DNA of 64,000 nt from Tubiluchus corallicola. Lineage: Eukaryota > Animalia > Priapulida. The DNA is taken from NCBI GenBank assembly GCA_030141605.1, contig JAQGDQ010000392.1:1-64000 (forward strand), given 5' to 3'. Numbering within the stretch: position 1 is the first letter of the stretch; each line of letters starts with the position of its first letter. The position numbers and the translations under genes were made by a program. Positions 48,467-62,239 of the stretch are shown here, piece by piece. The notes below the pieces were generated by a model. It was not told where the DNA came from. It did no database searches and saw nothing but the letters and a program-made list of their open reading frames with translations.

Positions 48467-51207
48467 GACGTACATGGCATTCGGCCAGAAGCAGGCAGCC
48501 TAGCTGCAAGGACCAGCAGTTTGCATGAAATGAAAATTTAATTATGATCGAAGAAATAATTTGCAATGTACATTCATGTTATATATGTATATACCTTATG
48601 GTCTTAGCTATATTAATTCATTTGTATGGACTAACATAATAAAACGTTCACTTGGCACAAATTTACGTCACTGTTTTTCGCTTTTTTCAACCATTCTGAA
48701 CAGAAACACAGGTGGCGCTGAGAAAGCAAAATCCTGAGACGTAAGAGGCCGTGAAGGAAATTCTATTTTATATATGAATAAGAATATCTGAATTTAATGT
48801 AGAATGTACTTAAACTACAAAAATATGTACTTAGCAAGAAAGTACGTGATATATTTTAGCGGCATTTACACAGCTTTGAAGTAACAATATTGCAAACACG
48901 GGAACTTTGGTCCTGTGATTTACAGCTAAAGCCCCTTTTCTCAAGCAAAGAATCTCAAACATAGACCCTTTATCTCAAATAAAAGACCTCAAACAGGGGT
49001 CCTTTATCACAAATAACGGGATTTTTTTTAAATTGGATTTTCAGATTCCCGGGCCTTCTTTTTCAAGTTGAAATTTTATCTTAGGCCCTAGGCTGCGCCT
49101 TATACAGTACTAGTCTATGGGATAATCTGGCTCTGATTATACTGTGACATATATAAACCATGTTTGTTTTAGATGTAGGTACATTTAATCTTGACAAAAT
49201 TGTTTTAAAATATAAACTAATAAAAATTTGCTCCTCCAATGTTAGACATAAGGTACCCGTGGTCAGTATGGTCTTCACTGACGTAGTTTTACGAAATATT
49301 CTTCAAAAATACAAGCAGAACGAACGTTTCAGACTATTGTCTATTGCATCAACATCAGACCTGCACCCGCAATACAAACAGAGCTTATCAAATTATCATC
49401 CATTAATATCACAGCTAACAAGAAATGAAAAAACTAAAGACAAAAGGAGTCTGTGCTTTATTTCGCAGAGAGAAAGACAACAATTATAAGTTTCCATAAA
49501 TGAGATTCACGTTTACCAATAAACTGTGTTTCCAATACAATTCTTGTGTGAAAGTGAAATGTCATTTATCTCAACATAATAACACATAAACAACAGTCTA
49601 TTTGCGCAAGAGAAAAATTTATCGAAACTGACCAGAAAGTCATATTGCCCACAATGGCCGACAAGAAACAAAATACGACATAAAATATAAAAAGAAAATG
49701 AAACAGAAGAAAGAAAATGATACAGGAAAAAGACAAGCGTCTAAATGCAAAGCAAAAAGAATAACAAAGTTATTAATTGCAATTACTGCAAGATAAAAAA
49801 ACTTCTACAATTTGTCCAACCGAACACTAAACTTTCAAGTGGCTTTACAATATCGTCTGAACCACAATAGCTGATTTTGAGTTGCTATTAGAAAAACAAA
49901 AACTGCGGTCATATCGATGTAATTCTAGAACTAAATGCGCAGTCAGCTGGCTGGCAGACTTGACATAACCCATGGCATAGTGCCCAGCAACTACTGTGAA
50001 AGAATCTCATCTGCTGTTGCTACTTGCAAATGTGCTGGCCTCGAACGGTTCAAGGTTATCATCTAGACGCTAGTAAATAGGTTATAACTCACATATACTA
50101 AGTTATACGCGAATCTAAGCTGCGGGTGTGCGACTGGACTACTGTTCGTGTTACGTACAGTACTCGTGTGTATTTTATATGTTGTTCTTCGCCATGTACA
50201 TGGGCACAGTTTATGATGTTTGTTGCATAAGTTACTACGTAAAATGTAAACGAGATAAGGAAGCGCTAGCACCATTATTAGTTCAAGTGGCTGGAAAAGA
50301 TTTTGACGAACGTAAAAATTTGTATGAGGTATGCGTTGAAAGTTTTGAAATTAATTTTAACCGTTCTTGTAACAAATCAGTTCATGGTTGTTTATGACTA
50401 CTGGAAACTGCGTGTAAAGCACGGTCATTGATAAATTTACTGATTAGTATGTAAGTCAAGTATGTAATCCCACCACTGTGAATGGTTACGCTAATTTGGT
50501 GTAAAGTTAACCTATGCCTTAATACTCGCGACAGGTTGTGTACAAACAACTGTAGGATTTGAATTGGGATTGAAGAGGAACGTACAGGGATTGGGGACAA
50601 TTATATTCGCTCCATCTAGTTTTTCTTAATCAGATTCGTACGCCTATAATTAAGTATTTTCAAAGGCTACATTTTGATATGGAATTTTAAATGTATACCA
50701 CATTTACGCTCGAGAAACTGCGTTAGACTTCGTTTTGGGACTGCATTTGAATCATTGCGGATAGTAAGTTCGTTGTAGGGGAGTCGATAACTGCAATAGC
50801 AACGGCACCAATAACAAGGACGATTATGAAAGAGCAGTTAGATGATTGGACACACTTCATTAACCCCTAGCACAAAGCTCTCTCCTCATATTTTTCTTTT
50901 GCTTTTTATCGGTTATACAGTTTTGTATAAGATATGCAACACTTGATTTACATACTAACTAGATGGGAGATTAACCCATCAACTAGATGTTAGTAATGCA
51001 GAGACGACAGGTGGGGTATGTTGACTTACTGGATAGTAAAAATGTGAAAGAATTTACAGGAAATACACTAGGCTTAATAGAAACATTGTTTACCACTTAC
51101 TGAGCTAGGAAACTTAAAGGTTGTAATTTTTTAACGTATTTTATGCGTATTTCTCACACTAACTGCACAGCTTCTTAATTGTTTTTTGCATTTTAACAGT
51201 CCCCACA

Positions 51208-52380
51208 ATGCTGATACTGCCCCGGAATGAATTCTTCAAGACGCCGGTAAATAACAGCTCAGCAAGTCTACAAAGGTCAAAACACATGGTCTGCATCGTT
51301 AGTTGGTCGACATTCAAATATGGCCTCTTGATTGCAGTATTAGCCACAGCCTCTTTTGTTTACATTCTTATGAGGCTTATACAGCATCAATGCTGTTACG
51401 CGTTTCAAGAGCCATATGATGCACATGAAAATGGCAGAAAGCATCGGTTTAAAATTGTCAGTAAGGGTAACAGTCATAGAAATGAAGAAAATGATGCAAT
51501 TTATCAGTCGCCTAATATTGATACATTATTTCATTCAAATCCAGTGTGGAGTTTAAACGACCTTGGTGGTGATTTCCATACGCAGGTGGAGTGTGACAAT
51601 TTTTTAGCTGTTATCGTTGTAGTATCAGCACCTTCAAGTTCTGAACGCCGCAAAGTTATTCGGTCTACCTGGGGCCGCTTGTGGTCAGATAAATTTAATA
51701 GAAAAGTTAAGACTGTATTCAGCATTGGCAAAACAGCAGCTGAAAACATCGAAGCATCTGTTACAAAAGAATCATCATCACATAGAGATATCTTGCAGGG
51801 AGATTATCTCGACAGTTACCGTAACTTAACGCTGAAGGTGCTGCATGGCTTGCAATGGGCAGTATCCTGCAAACCTCTTTTCATTCTTAAAACTGACGAT
51901 GATTGCTTTGTTAATGTGCCTGTGTTAATTAATTTACTTACCAATGTCGCAGCGCACGGTAGTGCGAAAAGTACGTACGTTGGAAAAGCAGCAAAGTATA
52001 CCAATGTGATTCGTAAGAGAAACGATAAATGGTACTTGTCAAAAGCAGCTTACCCGCTCGACCAGTACGTGCCATATCTGAGTGGGATGGGTTACATCAT
52101 GCATTACAGTGTCGCTAAGCAAATTCTCAATGCATCCACACACATCAAACCATTTCCCAACGAAGATGCATTTATTGGCATTGTTGCGTACCACTTAGGC
52201 ATTGAGCCAATACACAGCAATCGCATTGTGATGTACTCACCATTGTTTTCACACTGTAATTACTTGTACCTTCTAGTCATTCATGGTGTGAATGCGGAAG
52301 ACCAGAAGGAATGCTTTGAGAAGTGCATGAATGCTGAAAGCATTTGCTCTACTAGTCATATCATTTACGAATGGAATTAA
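51208..52380 (+). CDS. Beta-1,3-galactosyltransferase-like (CAZy GT31) type II membrane protein, single coding exon, 390 aa
   Basis: N-terminal TM anchor; RRKVIRSTWG; DILQGDYLDSYRNLTLK; FILKTDDDCFVN (DxD); YVPYLSGMGYIM; EDAFIG. The true start could be the later Met (MVCIVSW). Confidence 0.92.
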   Translation: MLILPRNEFFKTPVNNSSASLQRSKHMVCIVSWSTFKYGLLIAVLATASFVYILMRLIQHQCCYAFQEPYDAHENGRKHRFKIVSKGNSHRNEENDAIYQSPNIDTLFHSNPVWSLNDLGGDFHTQVECDNFLAVIVVVSAPSSSERRKVIRSTWGRLWSDKFNRKVKTVFSIGKTAAENIEASVTKESSSHRDILQGDYLDSYRNLTLKVLHGLQWAVSCKPLFILKTDDDCFVNVPVLINLLTNVAAHGSAKSTYVGKAAKYTNVIRKRNDKWYLSKAAYPLDQYVPYLSGMGYIMHYSVAKQILNASTHIKPFPNEDAFIGIVAYHLGIEPIHSNRIVMYSPLFSHCNYLYLLVIHGVNAEDQKECFEKCMNAESICSTSHIIYEWN

Positions 52381-54685
52381 ATTGATTTTTATGATATCGA
52401 TAATACTATAACTGCAACTGAATGATCTGCTGCAAAAAAGGTGTGGCCGAGGTTCACGGTTTACTTTGAGGTTTATTTCTATTCTAATTTAATCGTTTAA
52501 CTTTTTATGCCTGTATGTGGCAGAAAAGTTAATTCTGTGTTGTTACCCGGTCTCTGTAAAAACCACCGGAATTACCACTCTTTTTTACTGTTTTGGCTTA
52601 ATAAATTGATCATGTCTAAAAGTAATTTATTGTTAGCTGGGTAACTGCTTCCAGACTTTTTTGGTCTTTCTTTTCTGCCTCTGTTATCATTCTTCCAAGT
52701 TACGGCATTCAGCTTACCCACAGTCCTCTTTAATCGGGCTGCGAATAACTTTGTACCCTCATTTTTATTCAAATGGTGTTTATCAGCTTCAAAAACTTGG
52801 GCAGGATATTGTTACTGCCATCATACTATTGATAATGTAACAATAATGCAAAGTTGCTTGTTTTATTTCTTACTGTATACTTTTTTCACTTATGCCTTTC
52901 TTGCAGTGGGTCAGTCAGTATTAAATCTTCAGTCTTTCACTAGCACTGCAGACAAGGTCTACAAAGTGCCTATAAAAGATATTAATAATGTTGGTGCTAC
53001 TTCAATATTGGTATTAATTAAAATGCATTCTATATTATGTATTGTAAATATTTCCAGCCAAACCAATTTATGAACTGCATTGTTTTATAAATAAAACTTG
53101 TTTTAAGGGACATTACAGAAAGATTTTCTAAATGCACTAACTCATTTTGTATCAGTAAATGCTTCATTTACTACAAAAGTTGCCTTTTTTGTAACTACTT
53201 TTTGATAAAATAATTATCACATAGGTGCTAATGTGTTACAAAGTGTATGATTTGCATTAAAATGAAATGTTATGAATAACGTGAAAATTTGTTATTCAGA
53301 TTATAGTAAATAGTCTATTTTCTAGATCATTTATGCTTGTTTGTAAAATGAGTTTTTACTAATTTTTGCAAATTTTACGATCCAGTTTAAAGGGCTGGTT
53401 CCTTTGATGACATATGTTTTATGTATTTTGTATCTAAACACAGCAGAATGGTAAAAGTGAAGAGTATGCAGGTTACTTAATTTTATAAAACCGAAGATTA
53501 GGCATACGAGAATCTTTAAAAACGTATGGCAATAAATTATGATGATGGGAGCAAAATTAGAAGCCAGGAACACAGTTTTCTTTGAGTTCTAGTTGATATA
53601 TTTTTAAAGACAGCATGTTGCTAATAAGGTACAATGAATAAATGTCAACTTTTTGTACAAAAACAGTTGTAAAAAGCAATGAATTATCAGTATTCTAAGG
53701 AGATTTTACATTACTTGCTCAAATTAAATTTATACATACACGTATATAAATTTGTTAATTTTTTTAATACATTAAAAATTTAGAAACTAGAATCTAATGT
53801 ACATATAAATATAATATTTTGAAATAACTGATGAGAGATGTTATTATTAGATATTATTAGATATGTTATCATAGTTTTTATGTATGTACATACATAAGTA
53901 ATGTATTTGATTTGAAGAATTCTTTGTTCAGTGCTTACGTAACTATCATAACTTTATCAATAAGTTTATGGTAAGATATAAGCGATTGAGTTTCAATTAA
54001 AACCGCCAGCTTAAATTATCATTGAAGCCAAGTTCAGATTTTCTGATTATACCATTGCAAACCGCTCATAGCAGTTTTCTGAATATATGAACTTATTTAC
54101 AGTTAACTTTCAGTCTTGTGAAAATAAAATTTACAGCAACTCAACATTAGTCAACATTTTAATCAATATTAACTCTGTATTTTAGAGAGTTTATATTTTG
54201 GGTAAAAGTTGCTGTACCATTTCTTGGACTGCAGGTGTTAATGCTACCCATGACAACAAGATGCTGTACACCTTAAGAGTGTATTCAGAATTTTAATGTG
54301 CAATGGGGACACACAGGGTCACAGCTCAAGAAGCCGGCTTGCTATTGTTGTTTTGTACTGAATATGAGCTAGTATTGTTTGCCAGCGATTTCAAAGTTGT
54401 GTTTTTCTAGCATTACCACTATGAACAAAAAGCTCAAAACAGTTACAAATTGTAGATTTTGTGTTTTGTTTCTAAATGGAGTTTTCTTATTTTCGAATGA
54501 AGTTTATACAGAATAAAAATATTTCTTACAATTTATTAGCTGGAGACACATTTTGAACTTTTTATCCTACAATTATAACATTATTAGATGAATATTATAC
54601 AGCTTGCAAAGTCATATAATTGTAGTTTTTCCTTTGCCACAGTTTTTTCTTAGTGATACTGTAGTTGCAACAACTCCCTTCCTAT

Positions 54686-56017
54686 TCATAAGGTGCAAGC
54701 CTCTGGCTTTGGGCCCTGCGAATGATAAAACAATTTTACGACTCGGTTAGCAAGTGGGACAATAAATGTCAGATAAGGAAAAATTACTTATGGAACTGCT
54801 TACCATGTATGTATCACAGATTAGTTTCAACAAGTTTTCTTGTGCCTCCGATTGAATTTCATCCGTGTGAACCTACAATTGAGCTTCAGTTAGCAACTGC
54901 ACAGAAATTTGAACCCTATTAATGTAGTACAACTGAAAAAAATGCAGGCAGCAAAATTTCCTTTTATTTTTAGACAACAGAATGCATTTTGTTTTTGACT
55001 AATCACTAATGAGTCACTCCAGCACGAAATGTTTCCACAAGTAACTCTGTATTTTTTAAGTCGAGCAATGCGCGTGAATGAAGAAACATACCCCATTGAG
55101 CGTTACCCAGGGCGTGTACTGATGAGGGGGGTCTAGAGCATCCGTCAACAGTGCCATTTGATGCTCTAAATAGTTGCCTTCAGATCCATAAGTACAGTTG
55201 TATATTGGCTGCCATTCATAACCCAATTTATCTGCACACTAAACGTGAAGAAACACAGACAGTAAGCAACATTCAGCAGATATACAGATATAATAGAAAA
55301 AACCTGCCAGCATCCTAATCAGTGACGTAGACGATTAATTACGTAACAGGAAATAAAGTAAAAATTATACAACTAACATCGTCTAGTACACCAAATGGGC
55401 CTCCCACCCACCTCTGTCTTCTGCCTTGATCTTTTTGTCTTTATTCTGCGATGATCTTAGTGAAAAGTGACGTTCTTGCCAGGCAAAGTCTTCTCATTTA
55501 AAATTTAATTAATAAGTAATTAAATTCCTACTGTTTGCTCACTTTATTAACTACTTTTTCTTGACTATGTCGATGAGACTTACACAATAAATCGGTATAA
55601 ATAAACAAATAAATACTTCTTTTCCTGCCGTTTTCGGTAACTTGCTGGAAGATTCCATGCAGTTTATATACGGCATCCATTGATTGGGATGAGCAAGAAG
55701 ATGAATAGCACAACTCTGAATGTGATCATGTAAAACAAATACAAATCATAAATGCAAGCGTAAGAGAAATCAATAAGCAAAACTGTACCAAACACTACAC
55801 TGATTTAGTAAGCACAGCTGCCGCCACTTTTACTAGAAAGTGAAGACTGCAACATACCAAGACACACTTAAAATTGAAGCAGCAACTTTAACCTTGTGTA
55901 TTTTTGAATCAGACAAGAAAAACAAGACACTATGCATTATGAAAAAATGCACACAAATGGAAGGCTGTATCCTTCAAGATAAAATCAATGTGTATGTATA
56001 TGTGTGTGTGTGTGTGT

Positions 56018-56055
<38 letters not shown>

Positions 56056-59000
56056 ATGCGTGCGTGTGTGTGTGTGATTGTGTATATATTATACAATGGC
56101 TTAAAATTCACCAATGTCACTTAAACAACACAACATAATGTTCAATGTTTGGACGGCTGTACTAGCTAGAAACGATTATAGCTAATATATGCTAAACTTC
56201 ATATTTTTATTGATGAAGATAGCTAGCACAGGTAGTATTAAACTGAACACAGAAGTTACAGTCAAACTCTGAATAAACGATACCTGAATAATGTTACCAG
56301 TACACTCGTCAGCTCCATGCTGGCAATCAAATATCCATTTTTCTCCATCCCAGTGTTCCTAAAGCAACGAAGGTACAATTATTGTCACAATGCATTTTCA
56401 TTGTCATATTTATTGTACGGTAATCAGGTATTACAGTTACAATGGTTTTTGAAAATAATGGCACAGTTTGAAAAACATAGAGCAGTGCCACAGATTATCA
56501 ACAGTTAAAATGGAAATGGAAAATTGCAGCAAACCCAGAGGAAATTCTGTATACATACTTGTACTTTTTGCCGATGAAACAAAATTAAATGCTATCAAAA
56601 GAAAAATCTTTGTGCTTGCATTTTGTTTCGTGGATGAATTACATATACTGTCATAGAAGGGATAAATATTCAAGAGTCAAATACAATTACAAGGTTTAAA
56701 CTTTAAAACAACATAATTATTTACACACACATGACAACTGGAATAAGGTCTACACTTTACATTTATGCCGAAACATTTGCTAAAGAACATTATGTTTGAT
56801 CCTAGGCACATGAACGTATCACTTTCACCGAGTAGCCAGAAAATTAGTAGTTATTTGCATGTTAGTCACACAATAGCATTAAGGTAAAAGTACTACTAAC
56901 GAAACACAAGTTGACAACAATATTAGCCCACAATGCAACCAACACTGTCTAGTTCAGGACATTCTAAGGTTAGTTGCACTACGTGTAGATGCACATGAGC
57001 ACTCACATGTGCATTTCCATAAGGGACAAGGGTGACATTCATGATATCTCCAACTTTTTGCCATGTTGGAAAAACCTGCTGCCGTATCATAATTTCACAT
57101 CCAGGACACAGTGTTTCGTAGTACAGGGAAAAGTTAACAGGTGGTGCCACAAACGCTGACAGTAGTGACATGCATTGCTTGGAAACCTACAATAAACAAC
57201 CTCCTAAACGCGACAAATTCAAAAAAAACGAATAAAACGAAGAGATGCAAACTTTAAATATCCAACAGTTTTCCCTATATTTAGCTTGCAGATGCGCTAA
57301 TTTAACATACCTGTGTATTTCCGTAAGGCACAAACGTTAGCTTTGTTATTTCCCGTATTTTCTCATAAGTAGGATATAGCTGATGAGTAATGAATAATTG
57401 GCAAAATGGGCACAAAGACTCACAATAAACTCCCAGCTCTACGTACTGAATGTTAATCTTCGAAACACTTGAACACGAACTTGCTACCTAATTAACAAGC
57501 AGTAACATGACTAACAGGGCATTCAGACTAGCAAGTTTTCTCTGTGACAGCAAACTCTCAAGTGTGAACTGCTTTGCGAGTTGCTGTCGGCAAGTTATTG
57601 CAAACCCCCAATCAGTTGCTGAGAGTCGATCTCCTGCGAGCTACTATCTAGTGTGAATGTCTCCGCGAGTTTCTTAGCAAATTAACTTGCTAGTCTGAAC
57701 GCACCATTAAACTGCACGAGTAAAAAAAGGTTACTGTAATTTTATTTAATGTACACAACAAAAAAATTAAACTATTGTACATATCAACAGAATATATACC
57801 TTACAGCTATAGTTCTAAGTGGTTAGTAACTACAGAAAAAACGGAATAAATATTCTGATTTCCAACATACCCAAAGACTCACTTTAACAAATAACATGTA
57901 AAAATCAGAAATGCAGAAATGGTACGGATCCACCATATCTTAAAATGTCATTGCACAAAGTAATGCAATTAGATTCTGATGCATATATTCATTTCCGATT
58001 GTTTTCGATTTCAAATAATTCCAATTATGCAAACAATGCAATTGGAATCATTCACACATTTTAGCCCCAATCACAAAATGGAAAATTGTTAGAAAATTTG
58101 TGTTTTAACTTATCTAAGAAGTAACTAAAGTGATACTAATTTAGCCAATTCTTAGAATTACAACTCTTAGAGAGAGTTCAATAATTAATTGTGATCCTTT
58201 CTAAAAGAAAATTACTAAGTAGACGAGGTTTTCACTGCCTAACAGCTTATCTGGGATGAATAATGTCTATGATACACCAAAGCATCCAGCATCTGGCTGA
58301 CAACTTCCAGCTTCCGATGTTAACTAAATGATACAACAAAGCATCTGATGTCCAATCTCAGTGATTTTTGCAAAAACAATGGGACGATAATCAAATATAT
58401 TTTTGCAAAGCTTTCTTGTTGCTTATTCATATAATAATTCACATTTTCAGTCGCCATTGACCAGTTGAGGAACAGACGCTGCATGATGGATGGCAGATGC
58501 TCAAAAATCGGAACAGTTTCTAATTTACAGCGTCTGCCCCCCAGGGTCCGCAGCAAAAATCATTGTTTTCTCCACACACTAACAGTATACACACTCTATT
58601 TCTCCCTTCCAAACACTGGATGCAGAAGCCACTTGCTGGATAGTGTGGTGCATCATAGATTTAAAAAAAGCTAAAATATAATAATATTCTAATAATGGAA
58701 TTACGGACAAAGTCTGGATAATGATATTACTGTCCACTGCTGGGATAGAATATAGACTGTTAAACAAACTAGGATAGAATATAGTTCAATATACTAGTAA
58801 TTATAAGTGCATTGTTATTATAATATGTATTAACCTGAACCATATTTTTAAAAATTAGTCTGATACCTGGCATTTTTTAGCAATCCTTGCAGAAGAGCAC
58901 CACAGATTTGGTGGCAGGTTACACTCCGAGTTAGACGAGCTCCAAGCACAGTAGTTACTGTCGAAGAAACCAATAGATGGTGCTTTCATCAAAGTGACGC

Positions 59001-61312
59001 TATTGCATGCTTCCAATTTTTCACCCTAACAATAAAAAGCAAACCTGTCCACGTATCAATTAAAAAAGTAATAGAAGTTTGTTGTACAATGTCAGACTCT
59101 GCAATTGGCACTTTAAAAATCAATACTTATTTTGTTTAGTTTCCAAGCTCTGTAACAAGAAAAATGCTTGCACAGAAGTTTTTAACTTAACACCAACATA
59201 ATTATACTGTAGTTAGAATGAAAATAGGTTTTTTCAAAGCTATCTCATAATTAGAACAGTGACAGCAGTAAACTACGTTGGGTTAAAACAGTCTATCTGA
59301 ACATACATCCAGTTCCTTATCCAAAGCAACTACGGATGTTATATACGTTGATATCCTTATATTATTGTTGAATTTTCAAATAAATGGCAGTGTTTGTGTC
59401 CAATTTAGTTAATAACTATGTAACTTAATAGCAGGAATGTTCGATTAGATTACAGATTGTGGTGCACACTTACAGTGTAAGTATCACAAATGAGGTTTAG
59501 CAGATCGTGTTCCCCTCTTTGCTGGATCTCATCACTGTGCTCGCCATTGACGACAATCCACGGTATCCACGTAACAGGCGGGTCGGCTTCCTCAGTCTCC
59601 ACAGCCATACGATGTTCTAACAAGTTACCCAGACTAGACTTTACACAGAAATCTATCTTGCTATAGTCAATTCCTAAAGAATCTGCACACTAAAACAGGT
59701 GACAACAAAGAAAAATTTAACATACTAATATGTTATGCATGATACGTTCATTTTATTCTTGTTGCATTTACTGATTTTCTTGCATTACTACAATATAGAT
59801 AAATACAAAATATAGATACATATAGTATAATCAAATGAGGGCATAGTTTTTACCGTGTACTGCCAGTCTTTGAAGCTCTTAACCGGCAGCAAATTTTTCA
59901 CACAAATTTATGTTATTTTTTAGCTAGTCTCTATTTTTTTGGGGCAGACTCATATTCAAAACTAGTGAAGTGGAAAATTTATTGCATAGAAAGTCTAGTC
60001 AGATCACTAATCAGGCTTTATCACAGCCTAAATTTTGGTATACAAAGCAGTTTTTGGACAATTGTAATAAGTAATTATATATACTGTACCTGTTGTCCAG
60101 AATCTGGTGGATATTCACTGGTCATCAGACAGATTATAAACTGGTTGCGAACATGTGCATTTCCGATCAAAAATATGCCACAAGTCTATAAGGGAAAAAG
60201 ACTTCCTTCTAAAGTGTGAGAGTGAAAATTTCTTAGAATGCTGCAAATAATTATCCATCTGAGCATTGCCTCATACAAAAGCCAAACAGAGAAAAATCCG
60301 TTACGCTATTAAAACAGTTTTGACATTATTATTTATTATAAAACACCTTAAGTTATGCACTTATTTTTGACCTACCTGCACCAAGTTACCTCTGCACTCT
60401 TCTGGACCATGCTGACAGGTGAAAATCCATTCTACTCCGTTCCAGTATTCCTAGATGAAGAACAATCAATTTTGTGAACTGTCAGTTACGTATATCTTTA
60501 TCATACAAACTCTTTCTTTTTTGTTGAATTTAGATAAATTATAAAATAACATGCAGTCAGACCTCATTATATTACCTAACCTACATGGGATTGCAAAAAA
60601 GATGGAGTTAAGCAAGTTTTGCATTATAATAAGCCTTGACTGTAGCTACATTACCGAAGCTTTTCCATAAGGAACAAAATCAACAGTCACTATATTTGTC
60701 CCTGCCAGTTGCTCATAGACGGGTTCCATCTGATTTCGGAAAAATCTCATAGTGTCCGGACAGAGTGACTCTATGAAAAGTTTCAGAGCCACAGGTTTCG
60801 CATCGGTGAAACTCCACTGCCTGCATTGCGAAGAGACCTGCTCAAAGAAAGCAACGGATATCTGTTAATATACAGGTCTTATCCTGCACAGTGTATTACT
60901 AAAATTTTCAAAAACTAAAGAAAGTAAGACACCAAAAAAAGATTTGGGCAAATCCATAACTGTCACGTCACGTCAAATGTATGAAAAAACACAAGTTTGG
61001 GACACATATTAACCTGCCAGTAAGGTGAGTGATAAAGCCTTTATGCCAGCTTTGTCTAATAAGTAGCTGGAGAACTGATAAGAGCAATTAATCACAAGTA
61101 TGTTAGTATATTCCTGATCACTCATCAGTGATCATAATCATCACACAGAACAATTAAATCTCTTATCAAACCTGACATTTGCGTTGTAACTCTGTTGAAC
61201 TGCACCAGAATTTTGAAGGCACGTTACAGTCCAAGTGTAAATCAGCAGATGAAGTGGTGAAGACGTATAAACACACAAGTAATGCTGTTAAGCGAAAATT
61301 CTGCAGAGCCAT
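54686..61312 (-). CDS. IFI30: Gamma-interferon-inducible lysosomal thiol reductase (GILT)-like protein with two tandem SapA+GILT units, 12 exons, ~489 aa
   Basis: All phase-0 GT-AG exons: 61312-61172, 60837-60655, 60450-60376, 60185-60090, 59689-59474, 59025-58867, 57186-57007, 56358-56284, 55715-55617, 55238-55092, 54872-54804, 54715-54686 (1470 nt). Signal peptide; ESLCPDT and ETLCPGC; VPYG twice; [11 protein letters not shown] and [11 protein letters not shown]; IPWIVVNG and TPWVTLNG; LICDTY twice. Confidence 0.88.
56001..56076. repeat. (GT)n microsatellite
   Basis: Directly visible. Confidence 0.95.
57516..57706. mobile_element. MITE (~190 bp, Tourist/PIF-Harbinger-like) in a GILT intron
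   Basis: 16-bp perfect inverted repeat TTCAGACTAGCAAGTT (57522-57537) / AACTTGCTAGTCTGAA (57684-57699), with TAA/TTA-containing flanks. Confidence 0.7.
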
Positions 61313-62239
61313 TGCAGAAGTTTCAGCTGGCGTTGCCAAATACAATAACTAATCACATGGCTAAATGTAAGCAGACTTCTAGTGCCCTTTGGATTACGTG
61401 AGATACTTGTGAATACATTATACTACTTGGCAGGTAGACGAACTTAGTTTACTTATATAAGTGTTTGAATAGCTCACAGCAGAATGAAAAGAGGAGTGAA
61501 ATATCAATTGCTTTGTAGATTTAATCAGATGAACACGTTAACAGATTTAATCAGGAGGTACTAGACAAAATTGAGACATGCATTGTCTACACACCTTGGA
61601 ACATAATTTACTACATTCATTGTAAACTTGTCTTTTTACTAAAATGCAGGCTTGTCCTACACGTACCCTTAGGTCAACATAATAGGTCAAACTTTGTCAG
61701 GAGAAGCACAGAGAAGTAACAAACTTTCCAACCAGGCAGAAGAAAAGTACAATCAAGCAAAAGATCTTAATAAATACTGTTAAATGCTTCACCTCTGTAG
61801 GCTTATATATATATATATATATATATATTATTAATATTTGTAATTTTTTGCAACTCATAATATTGAAATTTGATGCTAAATAACAAAAAGCCAGATTTAG
61901 TTTTTATAACATTTATTTCTTAAAAAATAAATAATCAATCACTTTCATTATTTACAAATTACAATATAAAATGATACAAGATAAGGTAATGTTAAGGTAG
62001 GCCTATTATATGTCTAGTTACCTATCTAGTCTACACATACTTTAGTCTATAGTAGAACATAATCGGCAGTCAAGGCATCTAAATATAATTGTTTGATTCG
62101 GCAAGTTTAGGTTCAACGAAAATATTATATACACACAATCGGGTTATTTTCTTACATACATGATTATCAAAAGATTTTGCAGACAACATTACAATTACAC
62201 GATGGGATCTAAACTACAATATGACTATAATTCATTACA

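Noticed and set aside
49325-49362. Hammerhead-ribozyme-like motif on the minus strand (AGAC-AATA-GTCT-GAAAC); similar weak cases near 270, 22360 and 28277
   Set aside because: The catalytic CTGANGA...GAAA core is not intact in any case; at most decayed Penelope-like ends.
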